From Anthoceros angustus (taxonomy: Eukaryota > Plantae > Anthocerotophyta), in contig MU008158.1 of assembly GCA_010909165.1 (NCBI GenBank), forward strand, positions 3,497,478 to 3,561,477: 64,000 nucleotides of DNA, read 5' to 3'. The position numbers and the translations under genes were made by a program. The notes under the pieces are model-generated. The model was not told the origin of the DNA. It searched no databases and saw nothing but the letters and a program-made list of their open reading frames with translations. Numbering within the stretch: position 1 is the first letter of the stretch; the number at the start of each line of letters is the position of its first letter. Below, piece by piece: positions 49,831 through 62,336 of this stretch.

Positions 49831-50714
49831 GAGAATTGCAGTGACTCTGAAAACCTGAGGACTCGCGACTCTCTTACAGTTCTTGGCCTCGAACCCAACA
49901 ATCCTCGACAATGCATGGTTAGTGGGCTATGAGCCCGCATCCAAAGTGCTTACGCGAGTTACAACCAGTTGAAGAGCTACGGCTAGTTTTTTTCTGCCGG
50001 GGCGTCTTGATTCTTGAGTCGTGCTCACTTGAAGGATTTCAAGTGCCTCCAGCGTTGGGTTTGCGGTCGGGGCGCCCTCATCTCCCGATTTCCAGCTGCG
50101 CGGGAGCTTCTTCGTTTCCACCCTTAAGCCCGCATCTAGTTGTCCAGCTATCGGTGAGGCGGTGGAGCCACCAAGTCCGAATCATGACCTCTTTCACGCT
50201 TCTTTCGCCCTGACGTAGAGGTGCCCAAGGATGAGGCCATGATGACGTCAAGAGTAAACAGAAGGAAAGGGAGCTTACACGGAGGTTCTCGGGAGTAAGC
50301 TGAGCCGGTGTAAAAACGTGGGAAGCCTAGGGTTGGCAAAAGGGAAAGGGAGCTTACACGGAGGTCCTCGGGAGTAAACAGCGGAAGCCGCGAGTGTAAA
50401 CAAGAATGTGGGTGTAAGCTACCTAGGGTTAGCAAAAGGGGACAACCAATTAGGGTTTGGAATGGTTGACTTTAAATACTACCAGAACCAAATGAAAATA
50501 TAATACAATTAGGAAATGCAAACCTCTTAAGAGAAGTATTCCCGTTTGGACGAGATCTTCGAAATGATAAACTTTCTATCCGAACCGTACAATGAGCAGA
50601 GAAAGAAATATTACTCTGAAGACAGAGCAACTTTTGTTTAGGACTATAGAACTTACAATGTCTGTCTAATGCTTACAGGATATGAAGCTCTGGTAGAACA
50701 TACTGTGGACCGCG

Positions 50715-53700
50715 GACTCTTCCCTGGGGTAGGAAATGAGTTAGGTTTTGTTTTTTTTCGTAGCCACGGAGTAGAAAATGAGGCGGAAAGGAAGAAATAA
50801 GTCCGGAGTACTCCCACCCAGACTCGAGAGTAGGTCGACCTGTGGAGTGGTCAAGGACTCGAGTACACTCCACGAGCCGCGATGACCCGGCGTCCGGACA
50901 AAGACATCGAGACGGTAAGTCCGGACCACACCCCGGGAGGCGGGACAGATAAGTACGCCAAGTAAAGTAACTTAGGAGTTGGAGCGTTGCAGATGAGGCC
51001 ACGTGGGCCATCGGTGAGGTGGACGGGCATGCAGCAGGTATCAGACTGTAGGGCTGTTGCGGAGTATTCACGCTCAAAGATGCAGAGGCACGCTGGCACT
51101 GCAAGGCATGAGGCGTAAGCAAGCGGAAGCATGGCGTGCGCCGAGTAAGCCACGGCAACAAGAGCCGCCTCCGCTGACGGTTACTCTGACGAGTGGAGCG
51201 GGCGGAGGTCATTCTTTCAAGCAACCTCGGCGATTCGCACTCTCTCAAACACCCGCCTCTACGGGCGTTGTCTTCGAGCGCCAGCACCCTCACGCCGCCT
51301 GACTTATGCGGGCCACCCAGCAGGCAGGAGGCGAGAGATTGTGGAGCCTCAAGTCCCAATAGCGGAACAAAAGGAGCGCGGCGATGGGACCCAAGAAAGC
51401 GCTGAGGTGTGAGCCATGGCGCTTGGTGGAGCGAACATCACATTGCGCCACCCAGACTTGATGCATGCCGGAGGGGAGGCGGAGGAGCTGGTGGAGGAAT
51501 AGCACCTAGATATTTTCTCTCAGCCGGACCTTTGGCCAGTCACCTTAGTCCTGAGTATGCCAAGATGCTGGGAAGGCCAACAAGGAGGTCTGCTCAAGAA
51601 CTCGGAGGAGGACCTGGAGGTGAGTGAGGTCCTCGAGGCGGCCCACACCCGCCCGGAGGGGAGTAGGGGAGAAAATGAGCCCTGGAGGCGGCCGAAGCTA
51701 CTGCGGCCCTCTGCTTACTAGGAATACAGCCCGATCCTCCAGCCGGGTCACGGGCCGGACCTCCCGGATAGGAGGGTACAACGCTGTAAGACACCGCCCA
51801 CTGACGCGCTCACCTGGGTCTGAGTGGACCACCTTGGGGATAATCACGCTGTTCTCCACTGACCTCATGGAACCACGTACGCAAGGGATAATCTCAATCA
51901 ACCGGGAGGCCGGGAAGGAGAAGCCACCCCTATTGCTATTGCCTCCTCACGGGGGCAGGCACAACCTCACGAAGGAGGGGAAGAGGAGCTAAGGCATTAT
52001 GGTACGCCCTACGAGGCGAGAGAGAGGAAGAAGCAGTGAGGCGAGGCCCGCCCGCTCCAGAAAGCAAGCGGGTCCTAGGAGGAGGCTAATCGGGAGGATC
52101 TGACTCTTACATACGGAACACACCCCCTCGCCACCCAGGAAGTGTTGGAAGATTACTTCCTCTGGTTCCCAGAGCAACACAAGGCAGTGAAGAGGCGGCC
52201 AGGACGATGAGCAGGTCGCAACTCGGCGGCCGGCCAACAGCGCTACCGTCAGAGCACGACTGACGGCCAAGAAAGATAGCAATACCAGCGCCAGCCAGAC
52301 GCCCTTGCCCTCACCAACCCGGAAAAGTGGCGAGTGAGGAGGCCGTCTGGCGGAAAGGACGCCTGCCCGAGCGAGGCACCGGCAAAGAACCCCCCAAGCT
52401 CCGCCCCGGCCTGACCGGGAGAGCAAGAGGGCCACTCCTGAACCCACCACCTCTGAGTCCCAGCGGAGAAGGCGGAGAAGGAGCTAGCGCCAAGAGGGCC
52501 AAGGGTAGAGGCTCGGGACGAAGCACTGTGACCGAGGGTCCCGATTGGTCCGGAGAGTCCATCCGGACTCCCTCCGCAGATGGTCCTCGACGGACCGGGA
52601 GATGCCCGCCTCCCACATGCGGACTTCCTGCATCTCATCCAGTGTGGAAGAAACACGGGGTTTTGGCTACCGCTATGGATCGGTATGCTTTGGGGTCTCT
52701 GGCCGTGGAGAAGACCTAAGAAGGAGGGCCAAACCTGCCAAGGATGGTGGAACCTGTAAGGTGTAGGCGGCCCAAGTGAGGCCTAAGAAGAAATACCGCA
52801 AGGTGGAGGAGGTGGCCGGGCAATGAGAGAGGCCAGTCCCATAACAGATGTGTTAGGATCCTTCACTGTTGGAATACCAAGCTATAAGAGGCCCAAGCAT
52901 CGGTCAAGACCTCCGTAAACGAGGGAGGCAGCTGAGTATGAGTCGGAGGAGGCCCAAAGGCAAGCGGAGAGGCTCGAGACCTCGCCGAGAGCTCGGCCGA
53001 CAGAGTGCACTCAAGCCCGGAAGCCTGGTGAAAGGTGCGGGGAGGTCAAGCCGCCGCCAAGACCGACCGAGACCACTACTGGGAGGGATAGGAACCGTGG
53101 AGGGGAACGGCAGGCATGGCCACGTGGCCAATCTCAAGGCCGAGCAAACTGCAGCTGGCGAGGCACTGCAAGTCAAGTGAGGAAAAGGAGGCCAAAGAAC
53201 CGGGAGATGGAGGATCTCCGGACCCGATTCTGAAGCGGAGGGCGGCGAAATGGAGGGACCTGCAAGAAACCTTGGAGCCTCGGCTCAAGACACGCTTGAG
53301 CAAAGTGGAGCCCTTCAGAGTGATTGCGAACCATGAGCGGGAGATAGGGCGGCTCCGGCTGTTTGAGGAGCGGAGGAGAGTTGGCGGCGATCGAGGTTGG
53401 GCGTCGCCGAGTTAAAGAAGGCTGGAGGAAGCGAGGCCGGGCGGAGATCTGGGACCGCTTTGGAGAGGAGATGGCGGACCTCGGGGCAAAGATGAGCGGA
53501 GGGCGGAGGAGAGCGGCTGCTTGTCCCGGTGCGGAAGGCGGAGGAGGCGAAGCTCCATGGCGGCAAGGCTGGTCGAGCTACAACAGCGGAGGGAGGAGGG
53601 CCGCGTCGGCGGCGGCCGGAGGAGGTGTCGGAGGCGGCCTTGGCGGCCTCAGGGGAGTCTCGGCTGGCTTGGCAAGCTGTGTGAGACGGTTGGCCGGACA

Positions 53701-54000
53701 ACACGCCCAGCTCACCTGAGCACCTCCGAGGAGGGAGTGCTCGGGCGCATGTGGAAGAGGCAATTCAACAGTCGATCTGCATTTTTGCCTATTACCACGC
53801 CGGAGCTCCTCAAGGCTCTAGAGATCTGCGTCACCCTCGATGATGGACTGGACCCCGGATGGGTCGGAAGGCGGAGTGAGGGAGGAAGGCCCGAGAGCGG
53901 CCGGGACCTTAGGGCGTTGCCCCAGCGGCCAGCAGGAGGAGATCATTTGGAGGCGGGCGTAATGAATGCCATCACACCGAGGTAAGCACTCCGCACCCGC
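50715..54000 (+). mobile_element. TE segment with an extra ORF (MGPKK...PWRLVERN) and a coiled-coil tail; probably the accessory ORF of a Gypsy-like element
   Basis: ATG near 51384 gives MGPKKALRCEPWRLVERN...HLDIF. The leader starting GACTC at ~50715 resembles the reverse complement of 62200-62292. Confidence 0.6.
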
Positions 54001-56037
54001 CACAGCGGGGAAGGGAGGAGGGGCCTGGGGCTATAGAAGGAATGGGTCGGAACCACAGACCAAGGAGGCCCAGGTGAGGATGAACCTTTGGGTAGTCCAC
54101 CGAGGTGCAATTCCAGGACCCACGAGTCCGGGGCCCCGAGTTCCGGACTCAGAGAGAAGGCCGAACCCTAAGGTCCGGACTCCGGAGAAAAGACCGACCG
54201 AGGTCCTGACTCAGTCGAGGCCCGGACTTTGAGGTCCGGACTCGGGGAGTAGAAGGGGTCACCAATCACCGCTCGCATGGTGAGCTATCTTAGAGGGCTC
54301 AACAAGGCCCACCAAATGAGGCAAGAGAGGAGGGAGGAGGAGGACTTGGTGGTGATTGCCGATGTCGTGCCACGGTGGCTCGGCTGACAGTGCAGGAAGG
54401 GGAAGGCCCGCCTCATGGATCATCCGATTGGGTGCGCCCGCGCTTGTCGTGGCTAGGGCTTGAGCCAAGGCAACTGGGAGCAACCCTTAGCCCCACCACT
54501 TAGAGATAGGCGGAATAGGGGAAATAGTAGGCGGCGGCTAGATGAGGCCAGCCATCGACTCGGAGAATAGGAGTGTAATAAAGACGCCCACCTTGGGCGT
54601 AGTATAAGAGGGCCTGAGTCGCTCTAGTAAAGTATCTTTCTCTTGGTGTGGATACTGCGTTTTCTTGCACTGTGAGTCTTCTTGCTAACGTGAGTCCCGA
54701 GTCACGAGCACGGCGGCCGGAGAGATTGATCAAGGTCCCGTGACCGGACCCAACGTGTGGTGGTGTGTGCGGGCGAACGATAGAGACCCTTGCTCGTCGA
54801 GCGCTGACCGACGGGCATGACCGAACGTGTGAGCCGGAGGAACTCCGGAAGGGCGTGTAGAGCCGGAGGTGAGGCTGGCGGAGCGGCCGGAGGAGGTCCG
54901 GATCACGCAGCCCCACCGCTTTTCCCCAAACGATGGGTGAGAAGGCGGAGTGAGGGAGGAAGGCCCGAGAGCGGCCGGGACCTTAGGGCGTTGTTCGGCA
55001 ACCGGCGGAGGAGATCGGTGAGGCGGGGGCGTAATGAATGCCATGCGCTGAGGTAAGCACTCCGCACCCGCCACAGCGGGGAAGGGAGGAGGCCACAGGG
55101 GCCATAGAAGGAATGGGTCCGGGAACCCTGGACCAAAGGGAGGGCCCGGTGGGTGAGGATGAACCTTTGGGTAGTCCACCGAGCAGGCAATTCCAAGGAC
55201 CCACGAGTCCGGGCCCTGAGTTCCGGACTCCAGAGAGAAGGCCGAACCCTAAGGTCCGGACTCCAGAGAAAAGACCGACCCGGAGGTCCGGACTCCAGAG
55301 TCGAGACTGGACTTTGAGGTCCAGACTCAGGGAGTAGAAGGGGGTCACCAATCACCTGCTCAGACAGAGCCATCTCTTAGAGGGCTCGCTGAACAAGGGC
55401 CCACCAGCGAGGCAAGAGAGGAGGGGAGGAGGACTTGGTGGTGGCCAGGTGTCGAGCCGCCCCGGTGGCTCGGCTGACAGTGCAGGAAGGGGAAGGCCCG
55501 CCTTGCGGATCATCCGATTGGGTGCGCCCGTTGTCGAGCTAGGGCTTGGGCCGCGCCAAGGGAACCGAGGCAACTAGCCCCACCGCCCAGATAGATAGCG
55601 TAGATAGGGGAAATAGTAGGCGGCGGCTAGGGCCCACCGAGCTGGCCATCGACTCGGAGAATAGGAGTGTAATAAAGGCATGACCTTGGGCGTAGTATAA
55701 GAGGGCCAGTCGCTCTAGTAAAGTATCTTTCTCTTGGTGTGGATCTGCGTTTTCTTGCAGACCCTCGTGAGTCTTCTTGCTAACGTGAGTCCTGAGTCAC
55801 TTGAGCAGGCCGCGGCGGCCGGAGAGATTGATCAAGGTCCCGTGACCGGACCCTAGTGTGTGGTGGTGTGTGCGGGCGACGATAGAGACCCTTGCTCGTC
55901 GAGCGGCGGGGCCAAGCGTTGGGCGGGGCCGGGCGTGTGGCCGGAGGAACTCCGGAAGGGCGTGTAGAGCCGGAGGTGAGGCTGGCGGAGCGGCCGGAGG
56001 AGGTCTGGACCACGCGACCACCACCTTTTCCCCAAAC
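53858..56037. repeat. Tandem duplication of a ~1.08-1.1 kb LTR-like unit
   Basis: 53858-54931 matches 54932-56037 with many small indels. Each unit contains TATA-like GTATAAGAGGG and AATAAAG. Confidence 0.85.
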
Positions 56038-56087
56038 GATGGGATGGCGAGTGGTGAGAAGAGCGGACTAGGAGAGCAGTGGCGGTT

Positions 56088-57496
56088 GGAATGATACTGA
56101 CGCGAACGAGTCCTTAAACGTTGGCTGCTTTCGGCCTGCTCGGATTTGTAATAGTTAGTCGTAAAACGGTGAACGTGTGTGTTTGAGTCTGAAACGGTCA
56201 CGGCGTTGAGGTGAGAAACGATTGAAACGTGGCAAACGAAGCCTATCATTCTTTTGGGAACGGACTCCTTACTACAACGACACGGGATTGTGCGCGCCCA
56301 GCTGGCCGTCAGCGAAAGTCGCGCCACACATACCTAGAAAGTATGCTATCCGTAAAACTATGAAAGTACTATGGTAAAATGATGGAGAATAGCTCGAACA
56401 CTATAAAGTGCAAAAGTTAAAAAACTGGTAACTTTTATTTTGCTTGAAAGAGAGAGAAAAGAGAGCTATAAGGATTGGATAGAACAATGCTCTTAAAATG
56501 CTCCAGGACCTCGACTATCGCCTCGGTCTAGCCGAGTGGGGCGACCCTGCCCCACCGCCGCCTCTACGCCTGTGAATGGACGTTAGACGGCCCAGAACGG
56601 TCTCCAACTGGCCACCGGATTCTCCGCGACGCCCCGCCCGCTCCCTAATACATGCTGGACTGATGGAGAGTCCCCAAAGATCGACCCCAGCCCCATACTC
56701 GGGATACGGACCCGGCAAATCCCACATGGGCGGGCGCATGGTAATTCGAGATGGTCGCCACCACCATCGACCATGCCACGATGGTGGAATGATACTGACG
56801 ACTGACGAGTCCTTAAACGCGTTTGGCCAAGCCGGCCTTTGTGTGATGCGAATAGTTAGTAAAAGCGGTGACGTGTGTGTTTGAGTCGAAGCATTACTGC
56901 GTTGAGGTGAGAAACGATTGAAGCGTGTGGCGACTATCATTCTTTGGGAACGGACTCCTTACTACAACGACACGGGATTGTGCGCGCCGGTGGCCGTCGA
57001 GTCGGCACACACATACCTAGAAAGTATGCTATCCGTAAAACTATGAAAGTACTATGGTAAAATGATGGAGAATAGCTCGAACACTATAAAGTGCAAAAGT
57101 TAAAAAACTGGTAACTTTTATTTTGCTTGAAAGAGAGAGAAAAGAGAGCTATAAGCCGGGTGGATAGAACAACAGCTCTTAAAATGCTCACAGACCTCGA
57201 CTATCGCCTCGGTCTGCAGTCGAGTGGGGCGCACGTCTCGGCCCGGCCTCGGCGCTCACGCCTGTGAATGGGACGTTAGCGTTGGGGCGCCTGAACGGTC
57301 TCGGCCCGGCCTCGGCGTTCTCGGCGTAACGCCCCGCCCGTCAGTTCCTAATACATGCCTGGGGACCGGAGAGTCCCGACGCCAGGACCCCAGCCCCATA
57401 CTGGGGCCCAAGCAAATCCCACATGGGCGGGCGCACATGGTAATTCAGGATGGGTACTGCCCACCACCATCGACCATGCCACGATGGTGGGAATGA
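56088..57496. repeat. Tandem duplication of a ~700-bp unit
   Basis: 56088-56785 matches 56786-57489. Both units start with GGAATGA, which recurs at 57490-57496. Confidence 0.85.
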
Positions 57497-57499
57497 CAT

Positions 57500-58130
57500 G
57501 GCAAGCCCCCGGCAGTCATGGGGAGGACCAGCCACACACAGGGCAAATGCGGACCTATGCCTCCCAGCGCATGCGAAGCACTCGGGAGCACCCACGCATT
57601 CAGCCCACTAATCGCATGCATGTGCGAGTAAGCAATGCCATGGTGGACAATAGGGAAGGTCATGTCACTGTGAATGGCTATGCTCCCAAGCTCATGCTCT
57701 TAGACACGGGTGCTCAGCCAGTGATCATTGGCAAGGCTCTCACAGCCAGACTCAACCTCCAGGGAACGGCACTCCGCCATTCACCCTAGAACATCAGGAC
57801 AACATCTGGCGCTGTGGAACCCGTATGTGGGGAGACTGTTCAGCCACTTGCTATCACACTCAAGCCCGGGACAGCCGCTGCCATGACATTGGCAATCCAT
57901 TGCCTTGTCACGACAGCCGCTAACTACGGCATCCTCCTTGGACAGGAATTTTTGTTCCCACCCGGCATCAGCGTGGACAATTGGACAGAGCAGGCTCACT
58001 ACCGTCCAGATTGGCGTAGTGGGGGTCAGCGAGTGGCACATTTCCCATTGGATCTGCATGGTGGATGGGATGTTGATGCTGCCACCGTCCTTGCTGCCGG
58101 GCCCTGGTGGCGACCATACAGTGTCGCCCC
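57500..58130 (+). mobile_element. Retropepsin-type aspartic protease of a Gypsy-like retroelement (frameshifted)
   Basis: LMLLDTGAQPVIIG (DTG at 57703-57711)...YGILLGQEFLFPPGISVDNWTEQAHYRPDW. Confidence 0.8.
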
Positions 58131-58379
58131 TTAGGTGCTTCCACGGCGGCCGGTGTTGGTAAGAAGCTGGCGGAGCTTGATGACCTTGACCCAACTCAGG
58201 AGGATGGCAGCCTGGTAACAGCAACGTGCTTGGGAGACACACCACCAGCATTCGAGCTATCCGACTTGGTTCAGCAGGCTCTCCCACACGTGCAGCAAGC
58301 ACTGCAGCTTCAGCAATCACCGTTGAGCGGAAAGGAGTCCCCCAACATTGTGAGTCAGCATGTCATCTTGTGGCTGACT

Positions 58380-59060
58380 CCTCCTTTTGGCATTACGGTC
58401 TTAGAACTGTTCGGTGGAATCTACACAGGCTAGGAAGCACTCTTGCTGAATGGGATCCTGGTTGGCCATTATGTCTACTGTGACCACTGCCCCACGGCGC
58501 AATGGATCGTTGCCTTTCGTCTTGAGCTACATATTCCCTTACTGCTATCTCATGCACTTTTTGCGATTCCCAGGACATTCGGCCCTGCAAAAGTCAACAC
58601 ATTCAGCTCTTGGCCCCCATTCACTTCGTGATTGCAGACTGGGAATGTCAAGGCTTTTCTCAAGCCTTTGGGTGGTTGCAAGACCCACTTGCTCTCAGGA
58701 CCTTGGGCATCTTAAGATCCGAATTCTCGCTGCGCTTACTTGCTGGAGAATACACCGGCGCCGCTGGACACTCGGCTGCAAGTTCGCTAGGATATGGCCA
58801 TCATCCAGTAGCATGTGGGCACCCCCTTGCTTCTTGATGCCGTTCACGTGGGAAGAAGTAAGGGGGTGCCCACATGCTTCTTCCCACCCAGGTTAGGATT
58901 CGCTACAGATCCCAAAACAAGGTTGTGTCGTGAAGCATGAAAAGTGTGGGATTCCCGGTGTCCCGAGTATGAGCTTGTCCCGGGGCAACTCCACCAATCT
59001 TAGCTGTGAGGACTATGGGACTGCCTTGTCCCATAGAGACGATCTGTGGGGCTGCCAGTC
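58380..59060 (+). pseudogene. DNMT3-like C5 cytosine methyltransferase domain inside a retroelement polyprotein (degenerate)
   Basis: Motif I ITVLELFGGIYTG*EALL..G..V..YVYCD (58398 onward); QDIR; motif IV FVIADWECQGFSQA (Cys codon 58646-58648); motif VI AYLLENTPA (58746); LLDAVHVG leading toward motif VIII. Confidence 0.8.
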
Positions 59061-59099
59061 CCATGGTTGGGAGGCCCCCGATCGGCCCATGGCCATGCC

Positions 59100-60895
59100 A
59101 TATCCCATGGCTGGGACAGTCCTGGTTGCAGCTCCCTTGCCTCCTGTTACCAGCCCACTTATCGTCGACCCGATTCGAGTCTTTGTCTTTGAGTGGGCCA
59201 AAGTTTTGGCAGTCTTGAGTATGAGTCCCTGGGGGATTACCTGCTGGTCTTCTTGCACGCCCTCCTGAGGGGCAAGAGAGCATACTGGGGGCGAATTATC
59301 TTCGCCCAGATAGCCCATGAGGCTCGGAAGCTGCGCAACGAGCGGCCTCCTGAAGGAGGGTGAGGAGGAACGACCCTCCGATGGGGGCTGGCCACCCTAC
59401 TGGAGGGAGAGAGGGAGGGGGAAGCGCAGGACCCGGACAATAGACCGGTCGAAGGGACCAAGACACGGCGCACACAGGAGGAGGAAGACTAGGAGGGCAT
59501 TCCGAATGCCATCCGCCTGGAACGGACTCCCTCCCCTCCAAGGGAAGTCTGGGAAGAAATCCCCGCTTCACTTCTCCTTGTGCCTCCAACGGAGCAGCAG
59601 TCCCCAGCGGCTACTATGACGGGGATGGAGTTGGTACCAGTAGCTTCGGTGGCGACAAGGTCCGCTCCAGACCCTCCCGTCGAGCCCGACGGAGTAGGAT
59701 GGAGGCGCGGTGGAAGAAGCAGGCGCCCAGCTCCACCGCCCCGGTGATGGCACCGGTGCCCTTGCCCATGACAGCGGAGTGGGCGGAGGCGAAGGCGGCC
59801 GTGCGACGAGCGAAGAGGGACGCTGCCCAAGGTGCAAGAGGCCACTGGCAGCAGCCTCACCCGGAGCCGGTCCTCTCCCTACGAGGAGAGGAAGAGAGCC
59901 CGACTCGAACCCTTCACCCCCCGGACCCCAAGCGAAGGAGAGCGGAGAAGGTGGCAGCACGGGAAGAGGTGGACGGACACACCCGACTCGGGAGGCAGGA
60001 CCTAGGGTCCTTATTGTGAGCACCCAACCCGGACTCGCTTGAGTGCGGTCTGTCCCTGACAGGGCCGGAGATACCTGCGCCCGGGCGGGGTTTTTTGGAG
60101 CATCACCGGCGGTGGCCGTGGAGGAGACACGGCGGGTCTTGGTGGCGTCGTGGGCGGCATGTTGTGGGGTCTCGTGGTACGCGGAGAAGACTCAGTGGAA
60201 GCCACCAAGACGAATCGTGGAACTCCGGGATCGAGGCGGCCCGAGGCGGCGGAGGAAGGCGGAATCCCTTGCGGATCAAGAAGGCGCCCGGGCGGGTTTT
60301 TGGAGCATCACCGGCGGTGGCCGTGGAGGAGACACGGCGGGTCTTGGTGGCCGTCGTGGACGGCATGTTGTGGGGTCTCTGTGGTACCGCAGAGAAGACT
60401 CAAGAAGTGGAAGCCACCCGAAGACGAATCGTGGAACTTGATCGAGGCGGCCAGCGGCAGGAGGAAGGCGGAATCCCTTGCGGATCAAGAAGGCGCCCGG
60501 GCCAGGAAAGGGAGGCGAGGTCCGCCCAACAAGATAGGGCTCGGGTGCTTAATTTGTCGCACGATTGAAGCACGCCAGAGGCTCGACGCCAGCAGAGGAC
60601 CCGAGCTAGCAAATGGGCGAGGGTGGCGGAAGGCGTCGGAGCGGAGGCGACTTGGTAGAAGCCGCACAAAGGGAGTAGAGCCAGGCTCTGGAGGCTCAGT
60701 TGAAGGGAGCCAAGGAAGCTGAGGCCACCGCCAAGACAGACCGGGACCACTACCGCAAGGGACCGGAACCGCTAGAGGGAGGCGGCTGGAGCAACCACAG
60801 CTCGCGCGAAGGAGGAGTAGGCGGCCGCATAACAAGCACGCACGGCCTATGGGGCAGAAATGGAGGAGCGGCTGGGGCAGCTAGGGGGCCTTCGG
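59100..60895 (+). mobile_element. Further copy (middle and C-terminal part) of the accessory TE ORF, with a ~207-bp tandem repeat
   Basis: LHALLRGKRAYWGRIIFAQI; Glu/Ala/Arg coiled coil at 60560-60895; repeat units start at 60077, 60284 and 60493. Confidence 0.55.
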
Positions 60896-62292
60896 ATGCA
60901 GCTCCAAGAACATGGATATTGTGTTATTTTCCAGCCATCTAGGCATCAAACCTTGCAGATTTGGGCGTTTTTGCTCACCGGGTGGCTCCCTTTGCAGCGC
61001 TGAGGCATGATTCACGAACCCCCAGTCAGCGCAAACTGTGCTGGCCCAGGAAACATCGAGATTTCTGCTGGTTGCGCAAGAAATCGCTTCTAGGAGCAGC
61101 TGCTCTCCCAGCATATTTTGTTCTTTGCAAGGGGGACCCTTTGAGGTCCACCTTGGTGAGCATGTTCCAGTGGACGATGATTTTTGCCACTGCCCTCACC
61201 CGTCGGTCCAGTAGGTCCGACATCAACCATCCGTTGGAGAACCTCTGAGTTCCGGGCTTCAACAGCGCCACCTTGGCTGCCTCCAACCTCCCCTTCACCT
61301 TTAGGGGTTCTGGTACTACGCCCCCAACCTCCCCAACCTCCTCTGCTGGGCGGCTGTACACCGCACGAAGGACCTCCACTGTCCATCGCCTCGGGTCCTC
61401 CCTCAAACTGATATCTTTTGGGCATACTCCCGGACCAGCGCCACGCTGTCGTAGGTCCAACCCGCCTGGAAGATGTCTAGGTGCCACTCCTGCACCAGCC
61501 CGCCCGCTTCGGCAAGCCATGGGCCGTAGTCGGGGTAGCGCCTGGTTACTATGTTCCTCTCCACTAGGCGCCAGGGCTCCAAGACCTCTACCACTTTCTT
61601 GGGCCCCATGTGTGCTCGCCACTCGTTCTGCTACTGAGGTAGGGCGGGCTACGATGCTCTCCGCTGTGCTCCTGAACCTCGGAGAAATTGACTCGCCGGA
61701 AGGAGCCGAAGGTCACCGGGCGTTGCGCTCGAACCTCAGAAGAGAAATTGCCAAAGAGCGGGGTGCCTGAGTGCAAGTGACTGCGAGAACTGCCAAGAAG
61801 TCATCTGAGAAGATGACCTTCTCTCAGAGTGGGGCGTCGGGCGTAATCGATGCGCGAGAAGGTGTCCTTTCGCTGCCAGTAACTGCCAGAGTCCTGCATC
61901 GTGTACTGCAACTTCACGCCCGCCACCTTCTTGGCGCATGTCCTTGGGTCGTGGTTACCTGCCTATAATGGCCGCTAACAACTTTGCGGTCCTGGTCCGC
62001 TGCATGTCTGTCATCCACTTGGCACTGTCCGCGTGTCTTGCTTGCCAAATTACGCTCCATGCCCGCTTCCCGATCACTCTTTCCATTGGACTTTACTTTA
62101 GTCTGCTCCGGAGTTCGTCTGGAGTCGCTCGGAGTTCCTGACATTGTTCAGCGAGGCCCCTTCCTTATGTCTTCCCCATCCCTCGCGATCCGGTCCGTTC
62201 AGCCTTATTTTCTTCCTCTACCGCCTTATTCCTCACACCAAACACCCAAAAAAAAAACACAAACAACTCCTATTACCTTCCTAAGGGGGAGT
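60895..62292 (-). mobile_element. 5' part of another copy of the PWxLVERN TE ORF family, inverted
   Basis: MGPKKVVEVLEPWRLVERNIVTRRYPDYGPW...EWHLDIFQAGWTYDSVALVREYAQ...GWLMSDLLDRRVRAV. Confidence 0.7.
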
Positions 62293-62336
62293 CTACCGTT
62301 CTTCCCTTGTCCATAATCGTTCTTAATTAAAAAAGA

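Noticed and set aside
56290-56345. Imperfect hairpin followed by CTAG (also at ~56975-57020) as a Helitron 3' end
   Set aside because: CTAG is followed by A rather than T, the hairpin is weak, and there is no 5' TC end or Rep/helicase sequence.
50715-62292. Related inverted leaders as the TIRs of one 11.6-kb element
   Set aside because: Only patchy similarity, no TSD found, and each precedes its own copy of the same ORF, so they are better explained as two oppositely oriented copies.
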